DNA of 64,000 nucleotides. It comes from Isurus oxyrinchus. Taxonomy: Eukaryota. The notes under the pieces are model-generated. The model had not been told where the DNA came from and ran no database searches. It saw only the letters and a program-made list of their open reading frames with translations. Within the stretch, counting starts at the first letter, position 1, and every line of letters begins with the position of its first letter. A program made the translations under genes and the position numbers. Location of the stretch: contig JANJGN010000004.1 in assembly GCA_026770705.1 (NCBI GenBank), positions 192,014,001-192,078,000 of the forward strand, written 5' to 3'. Shown here piece after piece: positions 28,501 through 36,754 of this stretch.

Positions 28501-31500
28501 GTGACTTTTTTCTTTTGTACTCTTTGCCTCCATGGGGAAAGCTCCCCAAACGTTTTGCCGGCATGACTCCATTTTAATGCCTCAGGCATCATGTGCCCCC
28601 AGGTGAAAATATTGGGGGAGGGGGGGAACAAGAGTTGCTAAGGGAGGGGAGAGGCTTCAGTTGTTGAGTTGAGGGGGAATGGTTGAGTCTGCCCCATCCT
28701 TCACCCCAACTCCCCCTCCTTCACTCCCCATCTCCCCCTCCTTCACTCCCCATCTCCCCCTCCTTCACAACTGTCTCCCCCTCTTTTAACCCCCCATCCC
28801 CCCGTCCTTCACCCCATCCCCCCTTCAACCTTCATCTCCCCCTCCTTCACTCCCCATCTACCCCTCCTTCACACCTGTCTCCCCCTCTTTCAACCCCCCC
28901 ATCTCCCCCTCCTTCACCCCATTCCCCCCCTTCAACCCCCATCTCCCCCTCCTTCACACCTGTCTCCCCCTCTTTCAACCCCCCCATCTCCCCCTCCTTC
29001 ACCCCATTTCCCCCCCCCCTTCAACCCCCATCTCCCCCTCCTTCACTCCTGTCTCTCTCCCTTTCACTCCCATCCCAGCTCCTTCACCTCCCAATTCCCC
29101 CCTCTCCTTCAACCTCTCATCTTCCCCTCCTTTACCTCATCACCCGCTCCACTCACGATCTCCCTCGTGGGGAGAGTTAATGAAAAGGCAGGGTTTTTCC
29201 TGCCCATTCACAGGCTTTTTTTGCAGCAGCAATCGGGGCTGAGAGAGCAGTCCATTTAGCCACACCCACCAAAGTGAAGGATAAAAGGGGCCTCACCGAT
29301 GTCAGAAATCAGGCTGAGCTTTATAGCAGCCATTGCTACCTTCAAGCTCGTGGCTCCAAAATCATGTCTTGCGACTCCACTGGGGGTTGAGACCCACAGT
29401 TTTGGAAGCATAGATCCCATTTGCCCCTTTTTCCCTTGAGAACTTCAATCAAATCACCACTAACCTTCTAAATTCCAGGGAATGTGACCGTAACTGTGAT
29501 ATTCCTTCTTGTAATTTAACCCTGTGAGTCCCGATATCATCAACGTACGCTGGTCTCCCTCCCAGGACACTATATCTTTCCTAAAGTGTGGTGACCCAAA
29601 CTGCTGACAAATCCAAAAAGTCGCAGAATTTAAAATTCTCCTCCTTGTGCTCAAATCCCTACAAAACCTTGCCCCCATCTCTGTAACGTCCTGTAGCCTT
29701 ACAAACCTCCGAGAGATCTTCATCCCTCTAATTATGGCCTTTATGCGTATCCCTGATTCTCATCGCAACACCACTGATGGCCGTTGCCTCAGCTACCAAG
29801 GCTGTGAGCTCTGGCATTTCCTCTCTAAAGATCTCCTGCTCCTCTCTACCTGTCTTTCCCCGTTTTAAGTCGCTCCACGTACCATATCTGTTTGACCAAG
29901 TGTCTGATCACCTGTCCTAATACCTCCTTATGTGTCTCGGTGTTGAATTATTGTCTGATTCTTGGGCAGCACTTGTGATGCTTTACAATGATAAATGTGC
30001 GATATAAATACAAGATGCTGTAGTGCTGAAAGGTTCCTTGAATCTAGAGTAAGAAGGCTGAAGACGTAATGCAGTTTCAGAGTGGATATTGTTTGTGTTA
30101 CAGCTGAACCTGATTCCTGTACCTATGCCAGCATAGTGATTGGCAGCAGCAGAAAAGGTAACCAGCTATCAACCGACGTTCAACATATTTTACACCTCTT
30201 TCCATTTAGTGATATTTCTCAATGTTTAAAATTCATCCTCCTGACTAATGGAACATTCTCCTTCAGTTCAAGGTGGCAGAAATCTCACAGTCGCTGATTC
30301 AGAAGAGAGTGAGTCAGTTTTACCTTTCAAAATACTATTCCTAATTTTTTCTCCTTCCCTCAGCCTCTGAAGGGCATTCTCCCATGTGTGAACCCCAGTG
30401 GCAGTTGGGGCTGGGTGATCCATCTCTCTGTTATTGGGTTTTGATGGTATCATCATTTTCCCAGAACATTGACTGCCATGGATCTGTACCTCTGTCTGTC
30501 CTGTGCTGGCCTTACACAGTCCACATGGGTCAACTGCACATAGTCCACTAAATATGTCTTCTCCTATGTTTTCCATCTATCTTTCATTCTAATAATTGTC
30601 TCCGTCTACCATCTCTAATGATGTGACCAAAGTATTGTATCTTTCTTTGATGTTACGCACTAATTTCATCGTTTCTCCAGCCATTTCCAGCATTAACTCA
30701 TTAATCTTTCTATCTGTGTTGGATATGCAGAACATCATCCTTTTTTCCACATCCCTGTCTATATCCCATGCCCGCAGACGTGGACATATAGGAGGTTTCA
30801 TCACATGACCTCAAAACCTTGATTGACACCCCATCCACCACCTTAAACATTCACTCCCTCCACCACCGACATACAGTAGCAGCAGTGTGTACCATCTACA
30901 AGATGCGCTGTAGCAACTCACCAAGGCTCCTTTGACAGCACCTTCCAAATCTGCGACCTCTACCACTTAGAAGGTCAAGGGCAGCAGTTACATGGGAACA
31001 CCACCACCTGGAAGTTCCCCTCCAAGTCACTCACCATCCTGACTTGGAAATATATCGCCGTTCCTTCACTGTCGTTGGGTCAAAATCCTGGAACTCCCTC
31101 CCTAACAGCACTGTGGGTGTACCTACACCACATGGACTGCAGCGGTTCAAGAAGGCAGCTCACCACCACCTTCTCAAGGGCAATTAGGGATGGGAAATTA
31201 ATGCTGGCCCAACCAGCGAAGCCCACATCCCGTGACTGAATAAAACAAAACCCTTCCCCCTTACTCCAGCGCTCCTTCTACATCTACCACTTCTAAGTGG
31301 TAGAGGTCGCAGATTTGGAAGGTGCTGTCAAAGGAGCCTTGGTGAGTTGCTACAGCGCATCTTGTAGATGGTCAGCCTGCCTGTCCATTCTCACATGATG
31401 CAGCTTTTCTGCACCAATCAGAAGGCAATCAGACTTTCTGTTATCCCATTGGATGATACTTGACTGTCAGTCAAATTGCCCATCTCCCCCAGTGCATGCA

Positions 31501-31676
31501 TAACGAATAAACAGAGGGGCTTCAGGAAAATGAGGAACAAGCGCACAATTTTCAGGGTAAACATTCCTCTTTCCTGTGGTTACCCTGCACTGAAATTCTT
31601 GCTATAATTATAATCAGCTCTGATCCCTGTCTGTCTTGTTTCAGATGTAACCTATGCCACTGTGAACATACGTTAG
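1233..31676 (+). CDS. Single Ig V-domain inhibitory receptor (ITIM-bearing IgSF), 5'-partial; join(1233..1574,4886..4990,13608..13647,14619..14680,16687..16734,16823..16858,30104..30157,30267..30308,31645..31676)
   Basis: All nine exons have pyrimidine-tract AG acceptors, the eight internal donors are GT, phases match (1,1,2,1,1,1,1,1), no internal stops. Protein: xVGRNDSVVSGTEGNSVTLPCMFTPNNSFTLTTVTWIRKDPDQNVVTFQAQLNGSWIVVNAGNRYKLFGNPQKGDVSIMINQLNMTDNCTYLCVVEYTGPSDYQYLIQNEARVH VKPSDSTFNIYLLLIPLLILLLILFIIFIIFMKKG GCSRLIGCTRSLK RKDPGSSMTARTDQAHQKSAP EQGDSNTYAEIERGRT GGKRFTISASED PEPDSCTYASIVIGSSRK VQGGRNLTVADSEE NVTYATVNIR*. Confidence 0.8.
2465..3055 (-). mobile_element. Degraded Penelope-like element 3' remnant
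   Basis: AAACAGAAAATGCTGGGAAAACTCAGCAGGTCTGGC terminus and GIY-YIG C-terminal sequence similar to the element at 49009-51931. Confidence 0.65.
3058..3411 (-). mobile_element. CR1 LINE 3' fragment
   Basis: Reverse strand encodes FTQKVVGIWNS-like RT end; CR1-type tail. Confidence 0.7.
4235..4810 (-). mobile_element. Deu-domain SINE (SacSINE1-like), with a possible hAT-type MITE inside (~4394-4578)
   Basis: CTCAGGACATCCCAAAGTGCTT..CACAGCAGCCAATTT..GGTTTAACGTCTCA, homologous to the + copy at 41268. Confidence 0.55.
4886..4990 (+). CDS. Short stalk + transmembrane exon (phase 1-1)
   Basis: Acceptor gctgttttacAG, donor G|GTgggt; IYLLLIPLLILLLILFIIFIIFM followed by KK stop-transfer; no charged TM residue. 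Confidence 0.9.
6490..7848 (+). mobile_element. 5'-truncated CR1 LINE (3' RT region), interrupted by another CR1
   Basis: MQYNMDKCEVIHF, LYKALVRPHLEY, LRGDLIE-like motifs; (TTTCTATG) tail. Confidence 0.88.
6874..7290 (-). mobile_element. Nested antisense CR1 3' fragment
   Basis: ORF 6957-7286 RLRGDLIEVYK..FFTQ.VV..WNSLP; GAACAAAG repeat tail; splits the host CR1 at its EY|Y codons. Confidence 0.88.
8205..13030 (-). mobile_element. Degraded RTE-clade LINE, split by the LINE at 8320-11508
   Basis: LCEAETWT, NEEVLRM, GHIL..LLKEVIEG..RPRGR and LNVKK..EIRAR motifs; 3' end resumes at 8205-8319. Confidence 0.75.
8320..11508 (-). mobile_element. Near full-length family-A LINE (endonuclease + RT, frameshifted) with tRNA-like 5' head
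   Basis: APE motifs (QDRPTRGGG, GDFN), RT motifs (NYRPISLLS, LDIKAAFDRVWH, GVPQG, FTDD); poly-T at 8320; A/B-box-like head at 11420-11508. Confidence 0.9.
13608..13647 (+). CDS. Cytoplasmic exon 1 (GCSRLIGCTRSLK; phase 1-2)
   Basis: tttttatctctttAG acceptor, AAG|GTagga donor, open frame; lies in non-repeat sequence. Confidence 0.7.
14619..14680 (+). CDS. Cytoplasmic exon 2 (RKDPGSSMTARTDQAHQKSAP; phase 2-1)
   Basis: gtatttttcAG acceptor, G|GTactg donor; phase complements the previous exon. Confidence 0.7.
15145..15920. repeat. Degenerate ~49-bp minisatellite interrupted by a SINE
   Basis: Recurrent CCCTACAATATCCCACCCAGTCTAATCCCACTCTCC..CACATA units. Confidence 0.75.
15249..15623 (-). mobile_element. 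tRNA-headed SINE made of family-A LINE 5' and 3' ends
   Basis: Homologous to 11250-11508 joined to the LINE 3' tail; poly-T at left end. Confidence 0.8.
15925..16630 (-). mobile_element. Deu-domain SINE with nested CR1 fragment (~16070-16420)
   Basis: GGAAACGCAACAGCCAATTTGTG, GGTTTAATGTCTCA, TTGAACCCACAACCTTCT..CCACTGAGCCA head. Confidence 0.65.
16687..16734 (+). CDS. Cytoplasmic exon 3 with Tyr motif 1 (EQGDSNTYAEIERGRT)
   Basis: tgtttgtgttacAG acceptor, CAG|GTacac donor, 48 nt, phase 1-1. Confidence 0.85.
16823..16858 (+). CDS. Cytoplasmic exon 4, spacer (GGKRFTISASED)
   Basis: ttttgtttttgtAG acceptor, C|GTgagt donor, 36 nt, phase 1-1. Confidence 0.82.
17165..22228 (+). mobile_element. 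Older CR1 LINE RT region hosting a younger CR1
   Basis: DLSKAFDKVP at ~17245; resumes at ~21375 to a (TTTCTATG) tail. Confidence 0.75.
17386..21372 (+). mobile_element. Near full-length young CR1 LINE: ORF1 (zinc finger/coiled coil + SGNH esterase), ORF2 (APE + RT) with few stops/frameshifts
   Basis: ORF1 17386-18273 CxxC, VVGDSI, GA, HIGTNN, DGLHLN; ORF2 YLNACSI, GITETWL, GDFN, LDFQKAFDKVPH, KFADD. Confidence 0.95.
22870..23051 (-). repeat. Gypsy 3' LTR with adjacent polypurine tract
   Basis: Inverted termini TGTACTG...CAGTACA; PPT AAAGGGGTAGGGA (minus strand) at 23052-23064. Confidence 0.75.
23640..26972 (+). mobile_element. Family-A LINE, internally deleted
   Basis: QQPDIVILTESYL, WVGDFN, LDIKA, FADD; family tail at 26900-26972. 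Confidence 0.9.
25431..26336 (+). mobile_element. CR1 3' fragment nested in the family-A LINE
   Basis: RRLRGDIIEVYKIM, FFTQRV..WNSLP; host CAGAAA(C)TG site repeated on both sides; absent from the paralogous LINE near 62390. Confidence 0.88.
28690..29150. repeat. C/T-rich degenerate minisatellite
   Basis: Recurrent CCCCATCTCCCCCTCCTTCAC units. Confidence 0.85.
30104..30157 (+). CDS. Cytoplasmic exon 5 with Tyr motif 2 (PEPDSCTYASIVIGSSRK)
   Basis: tgtttgtgttacAG acceptor identical to that at 16687; AAG|GTaacc donor; 54 nt, phase 1-1. Confidence 0.85.
30267..30308 (+). CDS. Cytoplasmic exon 6, spacer (VQGGRNLTVADSEE)
   Basis: ttctccttcAG acceptor (alternative in-frame AG at 30271-72), A|GTgagt donor; homologous to 16823-16858. 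Confidence 0.8.
30822..31250 (+). mobile_element. Family-A LINE 3' fragment
   Basis: High similarity to the other family 3' ends; A-rich tail. Confidence 0.9.
31290..31372 (-). repeat. Perfect 83-bp inverted copy of 30891-30973
   Basis: Base-by-base reverse complement, including copy-private variants. Confidence 0.92.
31645..31676 (+). CDS. Terminal coding exon with canonical ITIM (NVTYATVNIR*)
   Basis: ctgtcttgtttcAG acceptor, phase 1, V-x-Y-x-x-V, TAG at 31674-76. Confidence 0.88.
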
Positions 31677-31847
31677 GCATGATCATTATCAGTGAGTACT
31701 GAACCCTTGGAACTGAGGCTGTACTATTTCTCCACTCAAATTCAAGGGAGCATCGCAGGACTGACCAGCTCTTAAACTCGATATACCCATTCTGGTTTAA
31801 TCTCGTATAATGTATCGCTACATCCATATCTGTCTTATTTGTTAAGA

Positions 31848-32275
31848 GAAAGAAAGACTTGCGTTTACATAGTGCCTTTCACAACCTCTGGATATCCCAA
31901 AGTGCTTAACAGCCAATGAAGCACCTTTGAGGTGTGATCACTGTTCTAATTATGGAAAGGTGGCAGCATGTTGTGCATAGCCAGCTCTCGAAGACAGCAG
32001 TGTGATAATGTCCAGATAATGTGTTTAAGTGACGTTCACTCATGGATGAATATTGGCCAGGACGCCAAGACAAATTCCCTTCTCTTCTTCAACTTTGGGA
32101 TCATTTACATACACTTTGAGGACAACGGGACCTCTGTTTAACGCTCGTCTGATCCCTCCAACAGGGCAGCACTGCCTCAGCCCTGCACCAGACTGCCAGC
32201 CTAAGTCTGCGAGGTGCAGGAACCCACAACCCCCCTGACTCAGAGGTGTGATTACAGTCAGCTAAGTCACAGCTT
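31848..32275 (-). mobile_element. Deu-domain SINE
   Basis: GAAAGACTTGCGTTTACATAGTGCCTTTCACAACC..ATCCCAAAGTGCTT. Confidence 0.65.
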
Positions 32276-32888
32276 GACACGATGGCGGCTCATCACCAGG
32301 CTGTCAAGGGCAATTAAGGCCGGGGAATAAATGCTGGCCTTGTCAGTGACTCTCAAACGTAACTCTGTTTCTCTCTCCACAGATGCTGCATGATCTGCTG
32401 AGTATTTTCAGCTCTTCTTGTTTTTATTAAAAGCTTTAATAAACTTTCAGCATGGGTAAATAATTAGCAAATGAAATTCAACACAGATAAATATAAAGTA
32501 GTACGTTTTGGGAGGTCACTTATTACTTGGGGGAGGGGTGCAAGTCTAGGTTGAACTCGGAGTACAAATACACCAATTACTCAAGCTGAGCTGCAAGTTA
32601 GCAAGGCCATAAAAAGCAGACCAAACATTAGGCTTTATTTCTAAAGAGATTGAATTGAAAAATGAGGGATTTATGCTAAACCTGTATCAAACCCCGATTG
32701 GACTGCACTTATGTGCAGTTTTGGCCGCCATATTATTATCAGGGTAGGATTGACAGCTGGGGCTCTTTTCTCTCGAAAAAAGAAGGCTGAGAGGTGACCT
32801 TAAAATCTTTAAAATTCTGAAAGGTTTTGATAAAGTGGTAACAGAGAGGATGTTCCCTCTTGTGGAGAAGAGCAGAACTAGAGACCGA

Positions 32889-35800
32889 AGGCACAATTTT
32901 ACGCCGATCGTGCTGGCGCATGCCTGACCCAACTGGACGGGAAATTGCGCTTGATGACATCGGGCGTGCGTTCTGACATCATATTGCGCTCACGTGATAT
33001 TTTGGTTGGCAGACGTGTGCGGGTGTCCGAGCCACACCCACCGTCAATTAGGAGGCCAGTTAAGGCAATTGGAAAGGCACTTGGCCAAGATTTCACATTG
33101 CCCATACTGTTTCGCACTCATCGCACAGGCCAAACAGGCAGGCGGGCAGCTGACAGTTTACAAAACCTCATCCATGTGTGTGTGTGTGTGGGGGTGGGGG
33201 AGGGGGGGGGGCGGTGTGGGGATAAAAAGAGTCAGCAGCATTGCCCACGTGAGTGGTGAGGAGATTTGGAGATAGTTTGCTGCTGGTTGCTTATTGGCAC
33301 TTGGCAGCTTCATCTCTGTTTGGGGCTTCATTCTTAGCATTTCCAAGCATCATTTCAGGACTCGTAGGCGTCTCCAAAGCCCCCGGAGGATTCAGGCCAT
33401 GTGGACCCTTCAGACATCAGACAGCCATCTGTGACCCTGGTAACGGGGATTGTGGAGATGACAGTAGCTCTGTTCAAGCAGGTATTGACTTTCATTCTTT
33501 TCTGTACAGACGTGACTGAGTGAGCTGGAGACTTTGCAGCGATTGCTGGGTACCCTACGTCCAGGGTGCAATTGACGGCACACATGTGGCTATCAAGGCG
33601 CCAGTGGGTCAGCCGGGTGCCATTGTTAACAGGAAGGGATTCCACTCCATGAACGTGCAGATAGTGTGTGGCCATAGGATGCAGATTCTGCCAAGTCTGT
33701 GCAAGGTACCCAGGCAGCTCCCATGATGCTGACATCCTGAGACACTCCCAGGTGCCGAGGCTCTTCAGTGCTCCAGCCCGGCTGGATGGATGGCTGCTGG
33801 GTGACAAGGTCTATCAGTTGGAAGAGGTGACTTATGACGCCTGTCTGCCACCCAAGGACATAATAGGAATCATGCCTCCACAAGGGCGGTGATAGAGAGA
33901 ACCATATGTCTTCTGAAGACTTGCTTCCGCTGCCTGGACATTCAAGGGAGCACTACAATACCCGCCAGAGTGGGTGTCACTGATAGTGATCGTATGCTGC
34001 GCTCTCCATGATCTGGCACTGGCAAGGGGGAACCCACTGGAGAAAGAGGATCTTGAGGCAGCTCCACAGGCCACAGATGAGTGCAGTAGTGAGTCCGTGG
34101 ATGAGCACAGTGAGAAGAACACTGAGAGCGTGGAGGCAGACCTCTGCATCCTCCAGGGAGGCAGGGATACCGGGGACGCCTTGATCCAACCCTCCATCAG
34201 CTAGGCTGCCAAGTAACTGCTCCCATCTCATGTCAGGGCTGCTGCCTCCATCCTGGATGCCCGCAAAGCCCATGTCATGTAAACCCAAAGTCCACTCAGT
34301 GCCTGTGCAATAAAGTGTAGAGCCACTCACGTCCAGCATTACACACTGGCGTGTCCTGCACCAAAAAGAAAAGGTGAAGCATATTCAGGTCATCACAACA
34401 AAAGCAAATTTAATGTTATTGTCACACTGAAATCACATGGACACGACCATTACTGGTGTTGATGTCCGCACCAGTAGACATATAAACCAAACATAACTGA
34501 ACAGAAGATCTCCCTTGAACAGTTCCTCTTGTGCTCCTGGTGCCTTTAACTTACGTTTGTGAGTGCTACATCTTGATGACACCCCCCCTCCCCCCCGCTG
34601 CTGGCACCGGCATTGGAGACAGCTGCTGACTCTGCTGTCCTGTTGGCCTCGATGACCTTGGCAGTCGTCCTCTGGCCCGTGGAGTCTGTGCTGGGCCGCC
34701 TGGGAGGGAGCGGCCAGTTCCATGTCTGGCATCTCCCCAGTCACCGCAGCCTCATCAGATGCCACAGTCACTGGTGGAGGGGCGGAAGAGCAGCTGCCCT
34801 CATCCAGAGGGCCCTGAGAGGAGCCCGCAGAGACAACAAGCAGGTCATGTGCCAACGTGAGGTCACTCTGGACCTCCCTGCTCACCATTGATGGATGGGC
34901 ATCGAGCTGGGATGCTGGGTGCCTCATCCACCTCCCAAACTGGCACTGACCACCAGAGTTCATTGCCTGTGTGAGGGTTTTCAGGTCCAAGCGCAACTCC
35001 AGGAACCCCTGATTCTTTCCCTGGAGCTGCCTCTCCATGAGAGTTGCTCGGCCATGAGGGTCAATGCAGTGCTGATGCTCTGTATGGACTCCTCCACAGC
35101 GGAGACCATGGCACGCAGACCCTCATGGATCCCCATCAGATCACCCCGCACATCCCACTGGTCATCCAGCACCTGCCGCCTAATGGATGTCTCCAGAGAC
35201 TCATCATCTGCCTTAGACCCAGCCTTGTCCTGGTCCCCAGCAGTCCTCTGACTGCCAGCTCCCTGGGCACTCTCTGCCTCCGCCTGTACCGCCAGCGAGT
35301 GTGAAGTGCCCTCACCAATGTGCATCAACAATGTAGCTGACGATCTAATGACCACTGAGGTGCTGGTATCTGCGCTGGTGCCTGGTTCAGAGAGCAGGCG
35401 TGACACAGGTGCGAGTGAAGCCTGGTGGTCCTCCAGAGTCCAGACAATGTGTGTGTGCTGGCGAATCTAAAAGGGAGAACAAGAACATGTCATTAGTTAA
35501 AGTCTTCACACGGTCACTGTACATGCCAGGCACTCTGGTGAGACAGTGGAGATCTGCATCATGGTGCCATCATCTTTCAATGATCAATGGCGACTCCAGG
35601 TTTGAGGCCCATCGAGCGTGAAATGACGGGTGTTGGTGTCGGCCGAGCGTGCTGATGTCAACGCGCAGTCGTACGATAGCTTGGTTGGTGGGTGTGCGCT
35701 GGAGTCGGCAAATAGAAATGAAATGCAAACTTTAATTTGGCGCTAATAACGTGACCCTGCTCATGTGACAGAGTCTCACGGAGGGACATGTTTTATTACG

Positions 35801-36077
35801 TTGTATTTTCTTTAATTTTTTTTACATCTCTTCATCTGCCTGAGGCAGCTCCGTGCCTCAGGGAGGTTATGCAGTGCTCGCTCGTGCGGAGGCGTGAAGT
35901 TCCCTCTCAGCCCTCTCGCCCCCCCCCCCCCCCCCCTCCCCTCCCCTCCCCCACGGGCAGCGCTCACCGCTGCTGCTCGCTTTTCACGCCGGGCGGGCCT
36001 TTTAATTGGCCGACCAGCGTGAAATTGCAGTGCGGTGCCAAGCGCTGAGCCCGCCCACCAAGGGCAACATTCTGCCC
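32889..36077 (+). mobile_element. Harbinger/PIF DNA transposon, degraded: HARBI1-like transposase (+, ~33400-34204) and convergent second ORF (-, ~34430-35450)
   Basis: VQGAIDGTHVAIKAP, NRKGFHSMNVQIVC, ARYPGSSHDA, GWLLGDK; imperfect TIRs AGGCACAATTTT / AACATTCTGCCC. Confidence 0.9.
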
Positions 36078-36754
36078 TTGCTGTCTGACTCACCATTGCG
36101 ATTTATTGAATGACATGAAGTCTTGTCCATTTCACTTTATTTTTAGCAAATAGAATGAATCACAGAATCATAGAATCTCTACAGTGCCGAAGGAGGCCAT
36201 TCGGCCCATTGAGTCTGTACCGGCGCCCTGAAAGAGCATTCTACCTAGGCCCACTCCCCCTGCCGTATCCCCGTAACCTTGCACGTTCTCTCTTTTCAGA
36301 TAGCAGTCCAATGGAATGGAATAGAATAATTAGAGGGGAATGTAATATTCAAAGTGCCTTCCTCACATTGTTTTACTGTTACTCCCTCCATAACAGCACT
36401 GTGGGCGTACCTACAATGCATGGACTCTAGCATTTCAAGAAGGCAGCTCACCACCACGTTATCAGGGGAAACTTGGGATGGGCAATAAATGCTGGCCCAG
36501 CCAGTGAAGCCCACTTCCCGTAATAATGAAAAAAAACCTAAATCCAGGATGAAGAGGAATATTGAAGACCATCCCTGATTCATACTACCAGAACTCTGGT
36601 GAAATGATTATCATCTTTGTGACTCTGGTTAACATATTTCAACTACTTAATTTCTGTGTAATGACAAACTTTAAAGTTTTGAGAGATAAAAAGGATACTC
36701 TGTTGAAAATTCTTTTTTTAGGAGCCTGAGGCCACAGGGCGGTCACCAGGATTC

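Noticed and set aside
28683-29180. 165-aa Pro/Ser-rich ORF resembling a mucin stalk
   Set aside because: C/T minisatellite with no splice signals, lying downstream of the TM exon
16687-30157. Calling NTYAEI and CTYASI ITSMs or strict ITIMs
   Set aside because: The -2 residues are N and C, fitting neither TxYxxV/I nor (S/I/V/L)xYxx(I/V/L); reported only as ITIM-like
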